This document shows, piece by piece, positions 14,065 through 18,423 of a DNA stretch of 18,423 bases. How positions within the stretch are numbered: the first letter of the stretch is position 1; each line of letters opens with the position of its first letter. Source of the DNA: Candidatus Bipolaricaulia bacterium (GTDB lineage: Bacteria > Bipolaricaulota > Bipolaricaulia > JBHIAT01); NCBI GenBank assembly GCA_046758705.1, contig JBHIAT010000063.1:1-18423 (forward strand), written 5' to 3'. The translations under genes and the position numbers were made by a program. The notes under the pieces were generated by a model. It made no database searches, was not told the origin of the DNA, and saw only the letters and a program-made list of their open reading frames with translations.

Positions 14065-15444
14065 GGAGATATCCCGGTAGAACGCCTGAGCTGCCAGCTT
14101 GATCGCCTCGCTGAACGTCGGAAACACATGGACGGTGTCGATGATGTCATCGATCGTCAGCTTGTACTTGACCGCCAGCGCCGCCTCGTGAATCATCTCG
14201 GCGGCGACCGACGCGACGATATGCACGCCGACGACCTCGGTCGTCTGCGGATGGATCACCATCTTGACCAAGCCGCGGGTGTCCCCGACAGCCAACGCTT
14301 TGGGAACCTGGGACATCTCGACGGTCCGGCAGGCGCAGACGTTGAACCGCTCCATGAACTGCGCCTCGGTCATGCCAACGCTCGCCACCTGCGGGTTGGT
14401 GAACACGGCGTGGGGAATGCTTTGATAGTCGATCGTGTTGTGTTCCCCGGCCAATGCGTTGCGCGCCGCCACACTCCCTTCCTTAGCGGCGACTGTCTCC
14501 AAAAACGTTCTGCCGACCACATCACCTGCAGCGTAGATGTGGGGAGCAGTCGTCTGCAGCTCGTCGTTCGCCTGGACGAACCCTCGTTCGTCCAACTCGA
14601 CGCCAGTGGCCTCGAGGTTCAGTCCGTCGACGTTCGCCCGCACGCCGGTGGCGATCAGAAGCTGCTCCGCCTCGAAAGCCCGCGTCTTCCCCTCGACCTG
14701 AGCCTGGACCGTCCTGACACCGTCCGCTTCGGCGACCCTTTCGATCTGGACACCGGTGTAGAAAGAGATGCCTTCCTCCTCGAGATACTGTTGCAGCACC
14801 AAGGAGACCTCGAACTCCTCCAGAGGGAGGATGCGCGGCTCTTTCTCCAGCACAGTGACCTGGGTCCCAAAGTGGGCGTACATCTGAGCGAACTCCAGCC
14901 CCAGCGGCCCCGCCCCGACGATGATCATTGATTCAGGCTGCTTTTTGAGGCTGAGCGCCTCAACGTTGGTCAGGTAATCGACCTGATCGATGCCGTCAAA
15001 CGGGATGACGTTCGTCGACCCGCCGGTGGCGATCAGGATTCGCTCACCCCGCAACCGTTGGCCGTCGACCTCAACCTCGTTCTCGGAGACGAATCGACCT
15101 CGTCTCTCATAGAGCGTGGTCTGAGATAGATAGTCCAAAACATCGATGTAGTTGGACTTTTGGAGCGTCTCGACGAGCGCGTCCTTCTGTGTGATGGCCG
15201 TATTGAAATCAAAGTCGGCCTTCCGGCCACGGATCGCGTCGAAGTGGTTGCGTCCCGGGTAGTAGAGTTCGTTCCCAACCTCGAGCAGATGCTTGCTAGG
15301 GACGCAGCCGACGTTGACACAGGTGCCGCCGATCGGCAGGCCGGCGTTGACCATGGCCGTCTTGGCGTTGAGATCGTTGGCTCTGGTGGCCGCGGCGAAC
15401 GCCGCCGCCCCGCCGCCGATGATGACTAGGTCATACTTCTCCAT
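14041..15444 (-). CDS. merA: Mercuric reductase (core only, no NmerA domain)
   Basis: GGGAAA FAD motif, GGTCVNVGCVPSK redox centre, HVFPT, C-terminal SCCIE; RBS AAGGAGG. Confidence 0.9.
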   Translation of the reverse strand: MEKYDLVIIGGGAAAFAAATRANDLNAKTAMVNAGLPIGGTCVNVGCVPSKHLLEVGNELYYPGRNHFDAIRGRKADFDFNTAITQKDALVETLQKSNYIDVLDYLSQTTLYERRGRFVSENEVEVDGQRLRGERILIATGGSTNVIPFDGIDQVDYLTNVEALSLKKQPESMIIVGAGPLGLEFAQMYAHFGTQVTVLEKEPRILPLEEFEVSLVLQQYLEEEGISFYTGVQIERVAEADGVRTVQAQVEGKTRAFEAEQLLIATGVRANVDGLNLEATGVELDERGFVQANDELQTTAPHIYAAGDVVGRTFLETVAAKEGSVAARNALAGEHNTIDYQSIPHAVFTNPQVASVGMTEAQFMERFNVCACRTVEMSQVPKALAVGDTRGLVKMVIHPQTTEVVGVHIVASVAAEMIHEAALAVKYKLTIDDIIDTVHVFPTFSEAIKLAAQAFYRDISKMSCCIE

Positions 15445-15505
15445 TGAACAACCTCCTTGAAAGTTTGAGCAGAGCCACTGACCTGCAATTTTCCATCTTA
15501 AATCC

Positions 15506-15564
15506 CATCCCCCGGTAGGGGATCTTTCAACCCAAAGTATACCCTATCTAGAAAGCCTTGTCAA
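15506..15564 (-). promoter_or_regulatory. merA promoter plus CsoR/RcnR-like operator, copy 3
   Basis: TTGACA (15564-15559), 17 nt, TATACT (15541-15536). Operator GATCCCCTACCGGGGGATG (15524-15506) lies 11 nt after the -10. Confidence 0.8.
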
Positions 15565-15642
15565 GTGTTGAATCGATGGACCTTCCCTGTCCCGCTTGCA
15601 ACTCCCCCGAACATTTCAATGCATTCAGGCAAAGGCGAGATC

Positions 15643-15699
15643 TTGACAGCGGGAAATCTTTGGGGTATAATGTGCATAAGCACATGTGCCTATGCACAT
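15643..15699 (+). promoter_or_regulatory. Consensus promoter and 30-bp double-palindromic operator upstream of the DUF134 gene
   Basis: TTGACA (15643-15648), 17 nt, TATAAT (15666-15671). ATGTGCATAAGCACATGTGCCTATGCACAT (15670-15699) is a palindrome with one mismatched pair. Confidence 0.8.
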
Positions 15700-15714
15700 A
15701 AATGAGGTGGCAAA

Positions 15715-16065
15715 ATGCCGAGAATGAAGATGAGATACTGCGGCTACATGCCTAGGGCCATGGGATTTCGACCCATGCCCATGGGTCGAAGGGAACACCG
15801 GGAGCGTCGGAGCGAACATGAACAAGAGCAGCAGACTTCCGAGACGATCGAGCTGGGGATGGACGAGTTGGAGGCGATGCGGCTGGTCGACTATTTGGGG
15901 GAGGATCAAACCCAAGCGGGAGAGAAGATGGGCATCTCCCGGGGGACGGTCCAACGGCTTTTGTACTCGGGAAGAAGCAAAGTGGTTGAGGCCCTGCTTG
16001 AGGGCAAACCGATCAAGATCCAAACGGGCGAACATATCGAGATCGTGAACGATATTCACACATAA
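15715..16065 (+). CDS. DUF134 family HTH DNA-binding protein
   Basis: MPR N-terminus; DELEAMRLVDYLGEDQTQAGEKMGISRGTVQRLLYSGRSKVVEALLEGK; RBS GAGGTG. Confidence 0.88.
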   Translation: MPRMKMRYCGYMPRAMGFRPMPMGRREHRERRSEHEQEQQTSETIELGMDELEAMRLVDYLGEDQTQAGEKMGISRGTVQRLLYSGRSKVVEALLEGKPIKIQTGEHIEIVNDIHT

Positions 16066-16086
16066 TGAAGGAGGGAGGTGAGTGCG

Positions 16087-16287
16087 ATGTGGTGCTATCC
16101 CGCTGCAGGGCGCTACGGTTTGGGCAGTCGCCGGGGAGCAGCCTATGGCTACCCCGGCTGCTGGTATGGCCCTTGGGCTTGGAGATCTCCAACTGTGGAA
16201 GAGGAACGCGAGTGGTTGGAGGGATACAAAGAGGAGTTGGAAGTGGAGCTCAAAGAGCTTGAGAAAAGACTTGAAACACTAAAGTAG
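16087..16287 (+). CDS. DUF5320-like small protein (Gly/Tyr-rich N-terminus, C-terminal coiled coil)
   Basis: RBS GGAGGTGA before ATG 16087; EEEREWLEGYKEELEVELKELEKRLETLK; adjacent to DUF134. Confidence 0.65.
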   Translation: MWCYPAAGRYGLGSRRGAAYGYPGCWYGPWAWRSPTVEEEREWLEGYKEELEVELKELEKRLETLK

Positions 16288-16307
16288 ATTTGGGGGGATC
16301 AAGGAGC

Positions 16308-16344
16308 AGGCGGGGGATCTGGTCTATCCCCCGCCTTTGTTTTG
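16308..16344 (+). terminator. Rho-independent terminator
   Basis: 11-bp stem AGGCGGGGGAT/ATCCCCCGCCT followed by TTGTTTTG. Confidence 0.8.
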
Positions 16345-16382
16345 TGAGATATGATAACCGTTCGGGGTTCCCGTGCCGCTTG

Positions 16383-16432
16383 TTGACAGACTGGAGATCC
16401 TAGGATAAAATATTTTCGAAAATTCGATATTA
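16383..16432 (+). promoter_or_regulatory. Promoter of the glutaredoxin-DUF302-OsmC-DsrE unit, with a possible palindromic operator
   Basis: TTGACA (16383-16388), 17 nt, TAAAAT (16406-16411). TCGAA-AA-TTCGA dyad over the expected +1. Confidence 0.65.
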
Positions 16433-16459
16433 GTAGAGAAATTGAAGGAGGAGAAGCCG

Positions 16460-16701
16460 ATGGGCAATGTAGAGATCTACACCACTCCAACCTGCCCCTA
16501 TTGCGAGTTGCGAGGCGGTCAAAGCGTACTTTGCAGAGCGCGGGATCGATTACACCGAGTCCGATGTCGAAAGATCCGGAGAAGGCGAGGGAGATGATCG
16601 CCAAGAGCGGACAAATGGGTGTTCCGGTCATCGACATCGACGGTCGGATCATCATCGGTTTCAACAGAGTGGAGATTGATCAGGTGTTAGGAATCCGTTA
16701 G
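16460..16701 (+). pseudogene. Glutaredoxin (YruB/NrdH-like, CPYC), doubly frameshifted
   Basis: RBS AAGGAGG, then MGNVEIYTTPTCPYCE. A tandem 7-bp duplication (TTGCGAG x2, 16501-16514) precedes AVKAYFAERGIDYTESDV. An apparent 2-bp deletion near 16566 precedes SKDPEKAREMIAKSGQMGVPVIDIDG. Confidence 0.9.
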
Positions 16702-16729
16702 TTCAGTTTGAATGTAGAGAGGAGATTCA

Positions 16730-17116
16730 ATGAGTTACTATTTCAGCAAAGCTTTGGAAATATCATTCGACGAGGCCGTCGCCAAGGTGACAGAGGAGCT
16801 GAAGCAGGAAGGCTTTGGTGTCCTCACAGAGATCGACGTGAAGCAGACGTTGAAGAAGAAGCTGGATGTAGATTTCAGGAAATACAAGATTCTCGGGGCC
16901 TGCAACCCACCCTTTGCCTATCAAGCGCTGCAACTGGAAGACAAGATCGGTGTGATGCTGCCTTGCAACGTCGTTGTACAGGAGAATGACGAGGGCAGCG
17001 TGGAGATATCGGCTGTGGATCCCATCGTATCTATGTAAGCCATCGAGAATCTGAAGTTACGGGATGTGGCAGAGCAGGTGCGGGCCAAATTGAAGACCGT
17101 GATTGATCGTCTGTAG
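16730..17116 (+). pseudogene. DUF302 family protein with a premature stop
   Basis: GFGVLTEIDVK, YKILGACNP and MLPCNVVV motifs. In-frame TAA at 17036-17038 is followed by the family-like tail AIENLKLRDVAEQVRAKLKTVIDRL-stop. Confidence 0.85.
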
Positions 17117-17144
17117 ATGCTGTCGTTACCTGACAACATGTTTG

Positions 17145-17180
17145 AGGTGAAGCGCACGAGTGCCTCAGGGCACTTCACCT
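17145..17180. repeat. Imperfect intergenic hairpin (REP-like)
   Basis: AGGTGAAG (17145-17152) / CTTCACCT (17173-17180) with partial inner pairing. Confidence 0.4.
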
Positions 17181-17220
17181 TACCAATGAGGTCATAGAGC
17201 CAAGGGGATTTAGGATAAGG

Positions 17221-17757
17221 ATGAACAATCTCGACCGGGAGGCTCTCGAACGGACAACCGAGAGGTTCAAAGCGGACCCAGCCAAAGCCCGGGAGACCCG
17301 TAAGGTGATAGGACGTTGGGTCCTGGAGCAGGGAGCCCCCCAATTTCAGGCGGAGATCCCGTTTGAAACCGGAGTAGTCTCTTTAGAGGCCGACCAGCCG
17401 ACCCGCCGAGGGGGAAGCGGCGCACGACCCACTCCCCTGGATTACTGGCTTTTCGGTCTGGTCGCCTGTTATACCTCCGCCTTTGTTACGGTCGCCACCC
17501 TGCGTGGGATCAAACTGGAAGCGCTCTCGACAGAGATCGAAATCGATCGCAATTTGGCTTGGGTCTTTGACTTGGCGGAGGAGCCCCTGATCGAAGAGAT
17601 CCACCTGATTCTGCGTGTAGCGACTGAGGCCTCATCGAAAGCCCTCAAGGAGATCGAAGCCCTGGCGATGCAGCGATGTCCCGCCGTCTACGCCCTCCGG
17701 CATCCCATGGAAATTGTGGTTCACACAATCAAACAGTCTGGAGAGGAAGATCAATGA
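17221..17757 (+). CDS. OsmC/Ohr family protein
   Basis: EADQP..GG.G..PTPLDY....LVACY and RCPA two-Cys pattern. Confidence 0.88.
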   Translation: MNNLDREALERTTERFKADPAKARETRKVIGRWVLEQGAPQFQAEIPFETGVVSLEADQPTRRGGSGARPTPLDYWLFGLVACYTSAFVTVATLRGIKLEALSTEIEIDRNLAWVFDLAEEPLIEEIHLILRVATEASSKALKEIEALAMQRCPAVYALRHPMEIVVHTIKQSGEEDQ

Positions 17758-18107
17758 AAGTTCTGCTGATCATCAATGACGCTCCATATGGGTCGGAGAA
17801 GGCATACAACGCCTTGCGACTGGTCAGGACGTTGCAGAAAGAACACGCCGATGTCGAAGTTCGCCTGTTCCTTCTGGCGGATGCAGTGGCGTGTGCTTTA
17901 CCAAACCAGTCAACGCCGCAGGGCTTCTACAACCTGGAGTGGATGCTCAAGACGGTCATCAACCAGGGAGGACGGATCAAGGCCTGTGTCACCTGTGCCG
18001 ACGCTCGTGGCATCACCGAACTCGGCTTGATAGACGGTGTTGAAATCAGCATGTTGAGCCAATTGGCACAGTGGGTGGTTGAGTCAGATAAAGTTATCAC
18101 ATTCTGA
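17754..18107 (+). CDS. DsrE/YchN family sulfur-relay-like protein
   Basis: ATG 17754 overlaps the OsmC stop; IINDAPYGSEKAYNALRL, FLLADAV, CVTCADARG, SDKVITF. Confidence 0.9.
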   Translation: MKVLLIINDAPYGSEKAYNALRLVRTLQKEHADVEVRLFLLADAVACALPNQSTPQGFYNLEWMLKTVINQGGRIKACVTCADARGITELGLIDGVEISMLSQLAQWVVESDKVITF

Positions 18108-18136
18108 AATCCTAACGGAGGAGGAGATGATCGACG

Positions 18137-18370
18137 ATGATGTTTTGGGGAGCGGGGTCGATGTGGTGGATGTGGCTGTGGCCGCTGTTGTTCATCGCCC
18201 TGATCGTCTGGATTGTCCATGCGGTGACCCGGGGAACCCAGGCTCAATTACCTCACCCCCCGACTGAGAGAACGGGGGACGAGGCGATGGAGATCCTGAG
18301 GCGTCGGTACGCCCGGGGCGAGATCAGCGAGGAGGAGTTCGACCAGCACAGACGGATGCTTAAAGAGTGA
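18137..18370 (+). CDS. Small TM + SHOCT domain protein
   Basis: Met/Trp-rich N-terminus, one TM, AMEILRRRYARGEISEEEF; RBS GGAGGAG. Confidence 0.85.
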   Translation: MMFWGAGSMWWMWLWPLLFIALIVWIVHAVTRGTQAQLPHPPTERTGDEAMEILRRRYARGEISEEEFDQHRRMLKE

Positions 18371-18423
18371 TAACCACGATGATCGTACCTCCACCGGTTC
18401 CTGAGAGAGGAGTGATCGGCGTG

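Noticed and set aside
550-15429. Numerous plus-strand ORFs opposite the minus-strand genes (e.g. 8403..9176, 9859..10563, 14128..14931) and 12799..13578 opposite tnpB
   Set aside because: Antisense shadow frames typical of GC-rich coding DNA; no RBS or motifs. The His-rich 9859..10563 frame simply mirrors the ATG codons of the Met-rich gene.
15445-15714. MerR-type divergent promoter/regulator for merA
   Set aside because: The spacer is 17 bp with no internal dyad, and the divergent gene is DUF134, not MerR.
17036-17038. Programmed read-through or recoding of the DUF302 stop
   Set aside because: The codon is TAA, other genes here use standard stops, and the adjacent gene is also broken, so a nonsense mutation is simpler.
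1-18423. CRISPR array, tRNA/rRNA, integrase or att sites
   Set aside because: No regularly spaced repeats or such genes were seen. The repeats found are protein-level 19-mers, operators and hairpins.

Overview
An 18.4-kb, mostly GC-rich bacterial accessory region centred on heavy-metal (Cu/Hg) and thiol-redox functions. From 15444 to the left edge nearly all genes are on the minus strand, in three units. Each unit has a sigma70-type promoter followed at identical spacing by the same CsoR/RcnR-like operator (ATCCCCTACCnnGGGA). Unit 1 holds merA, a CC membrane protein, an HMA chaperone, a CxCC peptide, two Met-rich 19-aa-repeat proteins, a GG-ending ubiquitin-like protein, a membrane protein, a glyoxylate reductase and a metallophosphoesterase. 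Unit 2 holds a third 19-aa-repeat membrane protein, a CC micropeptide and a Tat cupredoxin. Unit 3 holds two Cox11/CtaG-like proteins, a cytochrome c, a YtkA-like protein, ccdA, a CCCC membrane protein and a C2H2-finger/DUF3105 protein; its promoter also carries a Fur-type box. Two IS200/IS605-family elements are inserted antisense. One is a tnpB-only element at the merA stop codon. The other is a ~318-bp protein-free element splitting ccdA, with its own promoter, a boxA-like sequence and a structured TnpB-omega-like RNA. The plus-strand right end has DUF134, a DUF5320-like gene, glutaredoxin and DUF302 pseudogenes, and OsmC, DsrE and SHOCT genes. The strongest novelty candidates are the RNA-only mobile element and the three-member 19-aa Met-rich repeat system. 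All family assignments come from motif recognition by eye, not from database searches.
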